Assembly: GCA_964390845.1 (NCBI GenBank)
Contig: CAYMIL010000003.1
Coordinates: 4,425-68,424 of the forward strand
Source of the DNA: an uncultured Candidatus Saccharibacteria bacterium
GTDB lineage: Bacteria > Patescibacteriota > Minisyncoccia > Phycocordibacterales > CALRHW01
Direction: 5' to 3'
DNA length: 64,000 nt
Shown here: positions 48,539 through 58,339 of the stretch, piece by piece
Layout of the letters: every line of letters begins with the position of its first letter
Position numbering within the stretch: position 1 is the stretch's first letter
Program-made: the position numbers and the translations under genes
The notes under the pieces: generated by a model
Told to the model about the DNA's origin: nothing
The model's input: the letters and a program-made list of their open reading frames with translations, nothing else
Databases searched by the model: none

Positions 48539-48934
48539 ATGACTCTTTCATTGTTTGCCGTATCGCTCGCGATGTGTGCACTCATGATTGCAACGCGACT
48601 CGCTGAGCTTAAACGACAGAAGACGTTTGCTCCGACAGAGTTTATCAACCGTTGGAACACAGATGTTGAGGCGTATCTTGCCAAGGCGAAAGCGTTTGCG
48701 CTTAAAGCAAAGCAGGAGGGTGTGTTTTTTGTAACGCACTACGTTCCATTTTATGCATGGAATCAGGCTCGACACCTGACTTCTGGTTTGCGCCGACATT
48801 ATGATAAGATTGAGCGTACGGTTCGGGGTCGAAATATGATTCGACAGACCGGCGAAGCGTCTGAGTTTATCAAACACATCGCGCGGCACAAAGAGTCTCT
48901 TTCGGCTACAGTGCAGGAAGAGCGAGTAGAGTAA
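48539..48934 (+). CDS. hypothetical small membrane-anchored protein
   Basis: N-terminal TM helix; no recognisable motif. Confidence 0.45.
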   Translation: MTLSLFAVSLAMCALMIATRLAELKRQKTFAPTEFINRWNTDVEAYLAKAKAFALKAKQEGVFFVTHYVPFYAWNQARHLTSGLRRHYDKIERTVRGRNMIRQTGEASEFIKHIARHKESLSATVQEERVE

Positions 48935-48938
48935 CAAC

Positions 48939-49011
48939 GCCACCTTAGCTCAGTTGGTAGAGCAGCTGTTTTGTAAACAGCAGGTCGTCAGTTCAAGCCT
49001 GACAGGTGGCT
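48939..49011 (+). tRNA. tRNA-Thr (anticodon TGT), CCA not encoded
   Basis: Acceptor GCCACCT/AGGTGGC, D stem GCTC/GAGC, anticodon loop UUUGUAA, GTTCAAG T-loop. Confidence 0.85.
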
Positions 49012-49021
49012 CAAGACAAGT

Positions 49022-50566
49022 ATGGCAGAGGCCCATCATTCTCATAAACCATTTCATATCGGTCGCGCATCCGAGCTTTCAGGCTCGGACAGATTGTTGT
49101 ATCGACTTCTTGAGATACTCCCCGGTTTTCTTGCGTGGGGGACGATTCTTGGCGCGGTGCTGTTGTCGTACCTAGACCCAGTGCTTGCCGCAATTTTCAT
49201 TATCATTTTTGATTTTTACTGGCTTCTTAAGACAGTCTATCTTTCCATCTACCTTCGCCACAACTGGAAACGTATGCGACACAATATGTCGCTTGATTGG
49301 GGTGCAATGCTAACACATATCAAGTATGAGCACATTGTCCATTTGGTGATTTTGCCATTCTATAAAGAATCTTATGAGGTGGTAGAAAAAAGTATTCAGG
49401 CAATTCTTGATGCTCGGTACGACAAGAAAAAAATTGCGATTGTCATTGCCGCAGAAGAGCGTGCTGGAGAAGAAGCACAGCAGGTGATGGCACGAATAGA
49501 AGAACAGTATGCAGGGAAATTTGGATACTTCCTTAAGACAACGCATCCAAAAGATATTCCGGGCGAAATGGCTGGAAAAGGGTCAAATATCGCATATGCA
49601 ATTGAGAAGGCTCGCACTGATATTTTGGATGCGCATGAGGTTTCCTATGACGACGTAATTGTTTCTGCGTTTGATATGGATACCGTGGTGTACGAACAGT
49701 ATTTCCTCTGTGTGACATGGCACTTTATGACTGCAGAAAATCCATATCGTGTGTCGTATCAGCCTGTTCCGCTCTACAACAACAACGTGTGGGAGGCGCC
49801 AGCGCTATCGCGTGTTGTTGCTGCATCAGGCACATTTTGGCAGATGATTCAGCAGGAACGCCCAGAGAAACTCGCAACATTTTCTTCGCATGCAGTTTCT
49901 TTTAAGGCGCTCTATGAAATAGGGTATTGGCAGACAAACATGGTGTCTGAAGATTCTCGAATCTTCTGGAACGCATTTCTTGGCTACGATGGACAGTACG
50001 CGGTGTTGCCAATCTCGTACCCTGTGTCTATGGATGCAAATCTTGCGCCGACATTTTTTCAGACAGTTAAAAATATTTATAAGCAACAGCGACGATGGGG
50101 GTGGGGCGTTGAAAACGTGCCATACATTTTGTTTGGTCTGATAAAAAACCCACGTATTCGGTTGTGGAAGAAAATCAAGGTCGCCTTTGTTCAGCTTGAA
50201 GGTTTCTGGTCGCTTGCGACAAACCCGATTCTTATCTTTTTGCTCGGGTGGTTGCCATTGTGGCTGGGTGGAGGGAAATTTAATACGACAATTTTGTCGT
50301 ATAATCTTCCAATCATTACGCGTAACCTCATGATTCTCGCGATGGTTGGTTTGGTCATGTCTGCGATTATTTCTATAAGCTTTTTGCCACCGATGCCGAA
50401 GGGTTCAAAAAGGGGTCGCCGGATGATTTTTATGGTATTGCAATGGATCTTTGTGCCATTGACGATTACTATTTTTGGGTCAATTCCTGGTCTTGAAGCG
50501 CAGACTCGACTCATGCTCGGCAGGTATATGGGCTTTTGGGTTACTCCAAAGCATCGTGTGCTATAG
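49022..50566 (+). CDS. processive family-2 glycosyltransferase (cellulose/chitin-synthase-like, QxxRW)
   Basis: QQRRWGWG motif, DxD-containing cytoplasmic domain between N- and C-terminal TM bundles. Confidence 0.8.
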   Translation: MAEAHHSHKPFHIGRASELSGSDRLLYRLLEILPGFLAWGTILGAVLLSYLDPVLAAIFIIIFDFYWLLKTVYLSIYLRHNWKRMRHNMSLDWGAMLTHIKYEHIVHLVILPFYKESYEVVEKSIQAILDARYDKKKIAIVIAAEERAGEEAQQVMARIEEQYAGKFGYFLKTTHPKDIPGEMAGKGSNIAYAIEKARTDILDAHEVSYDDVIVSAFDMDTVVYEQYFLCVTWHFMTAENPYRVSYQPVPLYNNNVWEAPALSRVVAASGTFWQMIQQERPEKLATFSSHAVSFKALYEIGYWQTNMVSEDSRIFWNAFLGYDGQYAVLPISYPVSMDANLAPTFFQTVKNIYKQQRRWGWGVENVPYILFGLIKNPRIRLWKKIKVAFVQLEGFWSLATNPILIFLLGWLPLWLGGGKFNTTILSYNLPIITRNLMILAMVGLVMSAIISISFLPPMPKGSKRGRRMIFMVLQWIFVPLTITIFGSIPGLEAQTRLMLGRYMGFWVTPKHRVL

Positions 50567-50574
50567 TATCCTGT

Positions 50575-51441
50575 ATGGAACCGATGAAAGCAAAAAAGCG
50601 CGCGTTCTACTTCTATGCGTTTATCGTATGCTTTTTTGCTGTCGTGCCTCTCCTTGTGCTGTATTCTCTCGGCTATAGTTTGTCTACAGGGTATTCACTC
50701 ATAGAACGTGGTGGTTTGTATGTATTTACTCCAGAATCTGGTTCGTATATTTATGTAAACAATGAGCTCAAAAAGGAGACGGGGCTTTTCCAAAAAGAGT
50801 TGTTTCTCCAAAACCTTAAACCTCGAGAATATACGGTGATTGTCGCCAACGATTTATACTGGCCGTGGACAAAAGATATTGTGGTGCGAGAGAAAGAAGT
50901 TTCGCCTGTGTTTCCGCTACTTGTTCCACGCGATTTAGAGCTTCGAGAGATCAAAGTATCAACATCAACACCTGTAGTGCGTGGAGAGTATGAAAAAATA
51001 AATGCATTGTTTGCTCCCACATCGACATCGACTACGCCACAGAGTGCAACAGTTGGTGTTGCCTCAACTTCTCCAGAAGCTCGAGCTATAGAAAAGAAAC
51101 ATATGAAAGTATGGTCTGACGGCGCGTCTGTATTTGCGTCGTGGATAGGAAATGAGAGCAGAATACCTCCGTATTTCTGTGGAGATGGCGGTGGGGCATG
51201 TGTGCCAACAATTCGTGTTATCACCCAACCATCAACTATTCGCCATGTCGATTTTTATCCTGGTCGCGACGATGCGATTATTCTTTCTTCTGATGAAGGA
51301 GTGTTTGCGGTTGAGCTAGATATTCGCACATATCAAAATGCGTATCCGTTGTATCAAGGAAAAAATCCAGATTTTCGTGTTGAGGATGATGAGGTGTTTG
51401 TGAAAGACGGCTCGTTTATTGGGCAGTTTATGGCATTATAA
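50575..51441 (+). CDS. hypothetical membrane-anchored extracytoplasmic protein (possible partner of the GT2 enzyme)
   Basis: Single N-terminal TM helix, then a roughly 250-aa soluble part; ATG 9 nt after the GT2 stop. Confidence 0.5.
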   Translation: MEPMKAKKRAFYFYAFIVCFFAVVPLLVLYSLGYSLSTGYSLIERGGLYVFTPESGSYIYVNNELKKETGLFQKELFLQNLKPREYTVIVANDLYWPWTKDIVVREKEVSPVFPLLVPRDLELREIKVSTSTPVVRGEYEKINALFAPTSTSTTPQSATVGVASTSPEARAIEKKHMKVWSDGASVFASWIGNESRIPPYFCGDGGGACVPTIRVITQPSTIRHVDFYPGRDDAIILSSDEGVFAVELDIRTYQNAYPLYQGKNPDFRVEDDEVFVKDGSFIGQFMAL

Positions 51442-51445
51442 GAAT

Positions 51446-52183
51446 ATGGAACAGCAACAGCGGCCAGGACACCTTCATCCGATTACCCAGATCATCCGTG
51501 ACATCACGGCTATTTTTGCTGAACTCGGTTTTTCTGTCGCACGCGGTCCCGAAATAGAAAATGAGCATCATAATTTTGATGCGCTAAACATCCCGTCATA
51601 TCACCCAGCTCGTGATATGTGGGATACATTTTGGCTACAGCCGACCGCAATGAAGCAGTTGTTGCGCACACATACATCTCCTGTGCAAGTGCGTTACATG
51701 GAAACTCATACACCACCGATTCGTATTATCGCTCCGGGCAAAGTGTTTCGCCATGAGGCAACAGACGCGACACACGAAGCGCAGTTTCATCAGATTGAAG
51801 GTCTTATGGTGGGCACGGATGTTTCTCTTGCCCATCTCAAGTGGGTGCTTGAAATTTTCTTTGGAAAATTGTTTTCTCGATCTGTTTTGGTGCGCATGCG
51901 CCCGAGCTTCTTTCCCTTTGTTGAGCCGGGTGTAGAGATAGATATGTCGTGTTTTAAATGTGGTGGTACGGGATGCTCGTTGTGCAAACACACTGGCTGG
52001 ATAGAAATTATGGGCGCTGGTATGGTGCATCCGAAGGTGCTTGAAGCTGTTGGTATCGACCCGACCGTCTATCGTGGTTTTGCTTTTGGTGGCGGTATCG
52101 ATCGCCTTGCGATGTTGCTCTACGGTATCGATGATGTGCGTTTGCTGTACAGTGGTGATCTTCGGTTGATCAATCAATTCTAA
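51446..52183 (+). CDS. pheS: phenylalanyl-tRNA synthetase alpha subunit (compact)
   Basis: Class II motifs (FRHEATDATHEAQFHQIEG, GAGMVHPKVL) and the FGGGIDRLAML motif 3. Confidence 0.85.
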   Translation: MEQQQRPGHLHPITQIIRDITAIFAELGFSVARGPEIENEHHNFDALNIPSYHPARDMWDTFWLQPTAMKQLLRTHTSPVQVRYMETHTPPIRIIAPGKVFRHEATDATHEAQFHQIEGLMVGTDVSLAHLKWVLEIFFGKLFSRSVLVRMRPSFFPFVEPGVEIDMSCFKCGGTGCSLCKHTGWIEIMGAGMVHPKVLEAVGIDPTVYRGFAFGGGIDRLAMLLYGIDDVRLLYSGDLRLINQF

Positions 52184-52184
52184 T

Positions 52185-54191
52185 ATGAAACTTTCGTATA
52201 ACTGGCTTTGTAAATATGTGGCATTGGACGGATATCAGTCTCCGTCAGAGGTCGCGCAACTTCTTACAGGCCACTCTTTTGAAGTTGAATCTGTAGAGGC
52301 TGTCGACCAGGGCAGAGATTATGTATTTGATGTGAGTGTGTTGCCCAACCGCGCGCACGATTGTCTTTCTCATCGTGGTATTGCTCAAGAAATTGCAGCA
52401 CTGCTCGGCACTCGTGTGTCGTTGCCACAACACGATACGACCGCGACAATTACAAACTCTCTTTTAAGCGCATCTGTTGATGATGCGACGCTGTGTCCGC
52501 GGTACAGTGCGGCAGTGATACAGGGTGTATCTGTTGGTCCGTCGCCACAATGGCTTGTGGAGCTACTTACGGCTATTGGCCAGAAATCAATTAACAACAT
52601 TGTTGACGCGACCAACTATGTTATGTTTGCGCTCGGTCAGCCGTTACATGCATTTGATTGCGCACAACTTATCGCGCGAGAAGGTGTTGGTAGCACAACA
52701 TACTCACTACGTATTCGTGAATCCGTGAAGGGGGAATCCGTCGAAGCTCTCGATGGTAAAACATATACGCTTCCTGTGGGAACACTTGTAATAACTGATG
52801 CGCACTGCAAAGACAATAAGATTCTTGGTATCGCTGGTATCAAGGGTGGTACTGCCGCAGAAATTACCACAGACACAAGAGCTGTTGTGATAGAGTCTGC
52901 AAATTTTGATCCGATTGCTATTCGCACATCCGCAAAAGCACTTGGTTTGCGCACAGATGCGTCTGTACGTTTTGAAAATGGTATTACGCCACACCTCACC
53001 TATGATGCATTGCAAGAAGTATGTCAGTTGATTTGTGAAATTGCGGGAGGGGAGATTGTGGGGACTATTGATGTACACGAAGCACTTCCTGCGCGAACAG
53101 AAATTACACTACCTTTTGCGGATGTTGAGGGTATCCTTGGTCTTGCTATTTCTCCAGAAAAAATTATTTCCTTGCTTAAGGCATTACGGTGTGATGTGGA
53201 AGAGTGTGATGGTGGCGTTGTTGTAAGGGTTCCACATGATCGGCTTGATCTCGTGATTCCACAAGATCTTGTAGAAGAGGTGGGTCGTCTTCATGGATAC
53301 ACACAGATTCCACCGCGCAAACCAGAGGAGGCTGCGGCGACCGAGGTGACTGAGGCGGACAGCGCGGCGGCCGCATTTTCGGCGCGGGTTGAGCGTGTGC
53401 GCGACGTCCTTGCCGCGGCCGGTTTTTCTGAAGTGTACACATATACATTCCGTGATACTGGTGCGCGCGAGCTTGCAAACCCAATAGCGTCAGATAAAGC
53501 ATATGTGCGCGCCAATCTCATTGATGGTGTTATTGAAAGCATGGCTCTCAATACATACAATGCACCACTCTTGCAGATATACGATGCGGTACGGGTATTT
53601 GAAATCGGTACAGTATTTGATGAACGAAGCGAGCACGTGTCTCTTTGTTGCGCTATCGCTCCAGTAAAAAAAGTAAAAAAGGCAGACGAGGTATTTCAGG
53701 GCGAGCTCGCAACATTGTGTGCTCGGATTGCATCAACAATCGGTGCTTCAGAAATTCCATCATCCGCATACGCTATTATTGAGCGCAATGGTGTATATGC
53801 TCTTGAGATTCAGTTTGAACACGTGTGCGCGTCATTGCCTCACGATGTGTCATACACCCATACCCTCGCACCTCAGGCATCTCGAAAAACATACACCCGC
53901 ATTTCTCAGTATCCATTTATGTTGCGCGATATCGCTATCTTTGTCCCTGCAGACACAGATGAAGCACTTGTTCGGTCGGTTATTCAAAGCACCGCAGGTG
54001 ATCTTCTTGTATCACTCGCGCTTTTTGATGTCTTTACCAAACAATCTGAAGACGGCACACATAAAACATCATACGCATACAAGCTCGTGTTTCAGTCATC
54101 TGAGCGCACACTTTCAGATGTCGAGGTGGGGGAAATCATGCAACGGGTTACAGACGCACTACATGCACACCCTCAATGGCTTGTCCGATAA
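52185..54191 (+). CDS. pheT: phenylalanyl-tRNA synthetase beta subunit (compact)
   Basis: MKLSYNWL N-terminus, B3/B4 and FDX-ACB-like C-terminus. Confidence 0.9.
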   Translation: MKLSYNWLCKYVALDGYQSPSEVAQLLTGHSFEVESVEAVDQGRDYVFDVSVLPNRAHDCLSHRGIAQEIAALLGTRVSLPQHDTTATITNSLLSASVDDATLCPRYSAAVIQGVSVGPSPQWLVELLTAIGQKSINNIVDATNYVMFALGQPLHAFDCAQLIAREGVGSTTYSLRIRESVKGESVEALDGKTYTLPVGTLVITDAHCKDNKILGIAGIKGGTAAEITTDTRAVVIESANFDPIAIRTSAKALGLRTDASVRFENGITPHLTYDALQEVCQLICEIAGGEIVGTIDVHEALPARTEITLPFADVEGILGLAISPEKIISLLKALRCDVEECDGGVVVRVPHDRLDLVIPQDLVEEVGRLHGYTQIPPRKPEEAAATEVTEADSAAAAFSARVERVRDVLAAAGFSEVYTYTFRDTGARELANPIASDKAYVRANLIDGVIESMALNTYNAPLLQIYDAVRVFEIGTVFDERSEHVSLCCAIAPVKKVKKADEVFQGELATLCARIASTIGASEIPSSAYAIIERNGVYALEIQFEHVCASLPHDVSYTHTLAPQASRKTYTRISQYPFMLRDIAIFVPADTDEALVRSVIQSTAGDLLVSLALFDVFTKQSEDGTHKTSYAYKLVFQSSERTLSDVEVGEIMQRVTDALHAHPQWLVR

Positions 54192-54292
54192 GTGTCGCTC
54201 CAAAACCCTTATTTTAAGCCACAAAAATACTGTTTTGTCATAGTATACGCGCTTGGTTTATTGTGCCGTTTCTGATAGAATAGGAGAACATT

Positions 54293-56356
54293 ATGGCAGA
54301 CGAAAAGAAAAAAGGAGGCTATACAGCCGAATCCATTTCCGTCCTCGAAGGACTTGAGCCTGTACGAAAGCGTCCGGGTATGTACATCGGCACCACGGGT
54401 CCCGATGGTTTTCATCATCTCATCACAGAAATTTTCGATAACTCCCGAGACGAGGCGATGGGTGGTCATGCAAACAACATTGAAATTGTGTTGTTGCCGA
54501 ACAATCGCGTACGAGTCGTAGACAACGGCCGAGGAATTCCTGTCGACGTACACAAGCAGACAAAAGTGTCTGCGCTTGAGACAATCATGACAACGCTCCA
54601 TGCCGGAGGAAAGTTTGGTGGTGATGGATACGCGGTGTCTGGAGGTCTTCACGGTGTGGGTGCGTCTGTGGTAAACGCGCTCTCTATTTTCATGAAAGCA
54701 GAGGTCCACAAAGACGGTGGATACTACATGCAAGAATACAAGCAGGGAAAGAAAAAAGCTGCCGTAAAACGCATTGGCTCAACATCATTCAACGGCACCA
54801 TTATTTCATTTGAGCCGGATGAAGAAATTTTTGGAAAGCAGACTTTTGGTTTTGATCGTATCGTCAACCACATGCGTCAGCAAGCGTATTTGGTAAAAGG
54901 ATTGCGTATCTCTGTCATTGATGCTCGAGCATTTGAAAAAGATATTCCAGAAGGCACCACATACCTTCGTGATTTCTTTGTTGAGAAGGGGGTTGATGCG
55001 CCATCACAAACATTCTATTTCGAAGGAGGTATTCTTTCGATGGTTAAGTTTTACAATCAAACACTCAAACCAATTCATAAAAATATCTTCTACATCGAGA
55101 AGATGACCAATGAGCATGAATCTGTGGAGGTGTCGCTTCAGTATGTCGACGACATTTCAAGCAGAATTCTTGCATTTGCAAACAACATCTACAACTCTGA
55201 AGGCGGTACCCATGTTACGGGCTTTAAGACCGCGCTTACACGAACACTCAATACATACGCCCGAAAAAATAACATTGTTAAGGAAAGTGAAGACAACTTT
55301 ACTGGCGACGACGTTCTCGAGGGTTTGACAGCTGTTGTTTCTGTAAAGCTACGAGAAATTCAGTTTGAAGGACAAACAAAAGCAAAGCTCGGTACTGTCG
55401 ACGCGCGTGGTGCTGTAGAAACTATTTTTGGCGATGCGTTTACATATTTCCTCGAAGAAAATCCAGACGATGCTCGGGCGATGATTCAGAAAGTATTACT
55501 CGCTCTTAAGGCTCGAAAAGCGGCGAAGGCGGCAAAAGAAAGCGTTCTCAGAAAAGGTGCTCTTGAGGGCATGACACTTCCTGGAAAGCTTGCTGATTGT
55601 CAGACAAAAGACGCTTCAGAATCCGAGCTCTTTATTGTGGAGGGAGATTCTGCGGGTGGTACCGCAAAGTCCGGTCGCGATCGTCGCACACAAGCCATTT
55701 TGCCATTGCGCGGAAAAATCCTAAACATCGAACGCGCCCGCCTCGACAAAATGCTTGCGTCTGAGCAGATTAAAAATCTTGTTGTTGCACTCGGTACGGC
55801 AATTGGCGATACCTTCGATATTTCAAAACTCCGCTATCACAAAATTGTGCTCGCAACAGATGCCGACGTCGACGGTGCACACATCCGTACACTCATCCTC
55901 ACGTTGCTGTATCGTTTCTTTAGACCACTTATTGACGGTGGGTATGTATATATTGCTCAGCCACCACTCTACAAAATAAAGAAAGGTAAGGAGATTATCT
56001 ACGCATATACAGAAGAAGAAAAAAATCAAAAGATCGGAAAGGATATTTCTGCCGACGATATTATGGAGGTCGATAGCGGAGATGAGCTTGAGGCCGATGA
56101 GGAAGAGACTGGTGCAAAAAGCAAAACTGCTCGCAAAGACAAAATTTCTATCCAGCGTTATAAAGGTCTTGGTGAGATGAACTCAGAAGAGCTCTGGGAG
56201 ACGACAATGGATCCAAATCGCCGTATTTTGAAGCAGGTTACTATCGAAGACGGTGCCTCTGCGGATAAGGTGTTTGATATTCTTATGGGTACCGACGTCC
56301 CGTCCCGAAAGTCATTCATCCAATCAAACGCAAAGAAAGCTACTATTGATATTTAA
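54293..56356 (+). CDS. gyrB: DNA gyrase subunit B
   Basis: GHKL ATPase motifs, TOPRIM EGDSAGG, C-terminal tail; 687 aa. Confidence 0.9.
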   Translation: MADEKKKGGYTAESISVLEGLEPVRKRPGMYIGTTGPDGFHHLITEIFDNSRDEAMGGHANNIEIVLLPNNRVRVVDNGRGIPVDVHKQTKVSALETIMTTLHAGGKFGGDGYAVSGGLHGVGASVVNALSIFMKAEVHKDGGYYMQEYKQGKKKAAVKRIGSTSFNGTIISFEPDEEIFGKQTFGFDRIVNHMRQQAYLVKGLRISVIDARAFEKDIPEGTTYLRDFFVEKGVDAPSQTFYFEGGILSMVKFYNQTLKPIHKNIFYIEKMTNEHESVEVSLQYVDDISSRILAFANNIYNSEGGTHVTGFKTALTRTLNTYARKNNIVKESEDNFTGDDVLEGLTAVVSVKLREIQFEGQTKAKLGTVDARGAVETIFGDAFTYFLEENPDDARAMIQKVLLALKARKAAKAAKESVLRKGALEGMTLPGKLADCQTKDASESELFIVEGDSAGGTAKSGRDRRTQAILPLRGKILNIERARLDKMLASEQIKNLVVALGTAIGDTFDISKLRYHKIVLATDADVDGAHIRTLILTLLYRFFRPLIDGGYVYIAQPPLYKIKKGKEIIYAYTEEEKNQKIGKDISADDIMEVDSGDELEADEEETGAKSKTARKDKISIQRYKGLGEMNSEELWETTMDPNRRILKQVTIEDGASADKVFDILMGTDVPSRKSFIQSNAKKATIDI

Positions 56357-56411
56357 TGCAACACAATCGCCTTTGACTCGAGGCGATTTTTGCTTTAGAA
56401 TGCCCTGTATT

Positions 56412-56495
56412 GCGTAGATGGCGGAGTGGTCAATCGCAACAGACTGTAAATCTGTCGCCCATTGGGCTACGAAGGTTCGAATCCTTCTCTACGCA
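56412..56495 (+). tRNA. tRNA-Tyr (anticodon GTA), long variable arm
   Basis: Acceptor GCGTAGA/TCTACGC, anticodon loop CUGUAAA, variable arm of about 13 nt, GGTTCGAATCC T-arm, discriminator A. Confidence 0.85.
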
Positions 56496-56500
56496 CCCAC

Positions 56501-58336
56501 ATGACCTCATCAGTATCGCAGGAAAATTATACCCTTCAGGGGTTTTTGAGTTTTTCAAAGCTTTTTGGTACTACCAGAAAAACATTTGCCCTTGCGGGAC
56601 GTTACGAGAAATGGCGACTTGTTTTGGCTCTTGTTCTTGCTATTGCCCTCGATCTTCTTCCGTTTTTGCAGTTTGGTTCGTTTGCGCGCTTGATCGACCT
56701 TACTGTCGCATATTTGTCGGGCAGTGGAACGATGCAGGGTATTTTCACGACAACGATTGTGCTCATCTGCTCGACAGTAGCTCCCAACATTTTATCGCTC
56801 ATATACAACCTTACCCTTACGGTGTTTCGTTTTAGTCTCGACCGAAATCTCACAATCTATTTTCTTCAAAAAATTGCGTCGCTTGATATTGCGACAATTG
56901 AAACCCAACAGTATCAGGACCTTTTTCAGAAGGCAAATGAGCGTTCACTCAGGGTGTTTTATGATTTTATCTATTTTGTTATAGATAATATCGCAAACAT
57001 TTTTGGTATCGCTATCTCGCTTGCCATTCTGGCCCTTATCGATTTGCCACTGCTTGGATATGCATTTGGAGGATCAATTCTTGCGTTGTATGTACAGGTG
57101 CGATATGGCAGAGATGTGTTTTCAATATGGGATTTAAATGCAAGCAACCGTCGCCTGTATTTTAATCGCCGTTCGCATTTTCAAAATCAGACAGACCTCA
57201 CGGAGCTCAAACTCTTTCAATTGGGCCGTCGTTTCCTTGAGGAGGTGAAAAAACTTCTAAATGCTTTTGATGATGAAATGAAATCAGCCGAACGCTCAAA
57301 GTTTGTATGGGAATGTTTGGCACTCGTCGCGTTTGCACTTTGTCTGGGCTTCGGTATTTGGCGCGTGATAGGTCTTACGCTTGTTGGAGTACTTCCGGTT
57401 GGTCAGATGTTGTTTGCATACACAACATACCGCTCGTTTAAAGGAACACTTTCTGATTTCTTTAGAAAGGTTGGTTGGATGACAGAGTATATGCACTATG
57501 TGCAGTATTGGTTTTCTATCGACGATCTTCAGCCAAAGATTAGGGAAAAAGAAGACGCGCACGTGCTCAATATTTCAGAACAGCCACCACGTATTGAGTT
57601 TAAGAATGTTTCGTTTAAATATAGCCAAGAGCAGTCCTACGCTATTAAAGATTTGTCATTTGTGATTGAGCCAGGGAAAAAGGTTGCTATCGTGGGCCTT
57701 TCTGGCGCTGGAAAAACAACGCTTATTAAGCTTCTCTGTAGAGTGTATGACCCAGAGTCGGGCTCAATTCTTGTTGATGGAGTAGATCTTAGAAATATTA
57801 GCCTTGATTCATGGCAAAAGAAACTCGCGGTGTTATTTCAAGATTTTTCTTCATACCAATTTACTGCACGTGAGGCGATTGCACTCGGTGACCCTGATAT
57901 GCCCATCGATGATGAACGCGTTCGCGCTGCGGCCTCCATGGCAATGGCTCACGATTTTATCGAACGTCTTCCGAAAAAATATGACCAGTTGCTCTGGAAG
58001 GGTTTTGAAGATGGGGTAGACCTCTCAAAGGGCGAGCGACAGCGCATGGCTCTTGCTCGTACCATGTATCGTGGGTCTGCTATTACGGTTCTTGATGAGC
58101 CAACGGCGTCCGTTGATGCATTTGCAGAACAGCAGATTTTTGAAACGCTTGAACGTCTGCCAGACACTCGCACAGTGATTCTCATTTCTCACCGTTTCAG
58201 TACGGTAAAAAATGCCGACGATATTTTGGTGATTGAGCATGGTTCTCTCATCGAGCAGGGCACCCATGAGCATCTTATGCAGAAAAAAGGTCGATATGCT
58301 GAGCTTTACAAAATACAAGCAGAAAGTTATATATAA
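56501..58336 (+). CDS. ABC transporter, fused permease/ATP-binding protein (exporter type)
   Basis: Six-TM N-terminal domain, Walker A GLSGAGKTT, signature LSKGERQR and Walker B ILDEPT; start uncertain because the first ATG lies directly after the tRNA. Confidence 0.8.
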   Translation: MTSSVSQENYTLQGFLSFSKLFGTTRKTFALAGRYEKWRLVLALVLAIALDLLPFLQFGSFARLIDLTVAYLSGSGTMQGIFTTTIVLICSTVAPNILSLIYNLTLTVFRFSLDRNLTIYFLQKIASLDIATIETQQYQDLFQKANERSLRVFYDFIYFVIDNIANIFGIAISLAILALIDLPLLGYAFGGSILALYVQVRYGRDVFSIWDLNASNRRLYFNRRSHFQNQTDLTELKLFQLGRRFLEEVKKLLNAFDDEMKSAERSKFVWECLALVAFALCLGFGIWRVIGLTLVGVLPVGQMLFAYTTYRSFKGTLSDFFRKVGWMTEYMHYVQYWFSIDDLQPKIREKEDAHVLNISEQPPRIEFKNVSFKYSQEQSYAIKDLSFVIEPGKKVAIVGLSGAGKTTLIKLLCRVYDPESGSILVDGVDLRNISLDSWQKKLAVLFQDFSSYQFTAREAIALGDPDMPIDDERVRAAASMAMAHDFIERLPKKYDQLLWKGFEDGVDLSKGERQRMALARTMYRGSAITVLDEPTASVDAFAEQQIFETLERLPDTRTVILISHRFSTVKNADDILVIEHGSLIEQGTHEHLMQKKGRYAELYKIQAESYI

Positions 58337-58339
58337 AGT

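Noticed and set aside
56410-56835. 141-aa ORF starting inside tRNA-Tyr
   Set aside because: It overlaps the tRNA and is out of frame with the ABC transporter, which has Walker motifs in the other frame.
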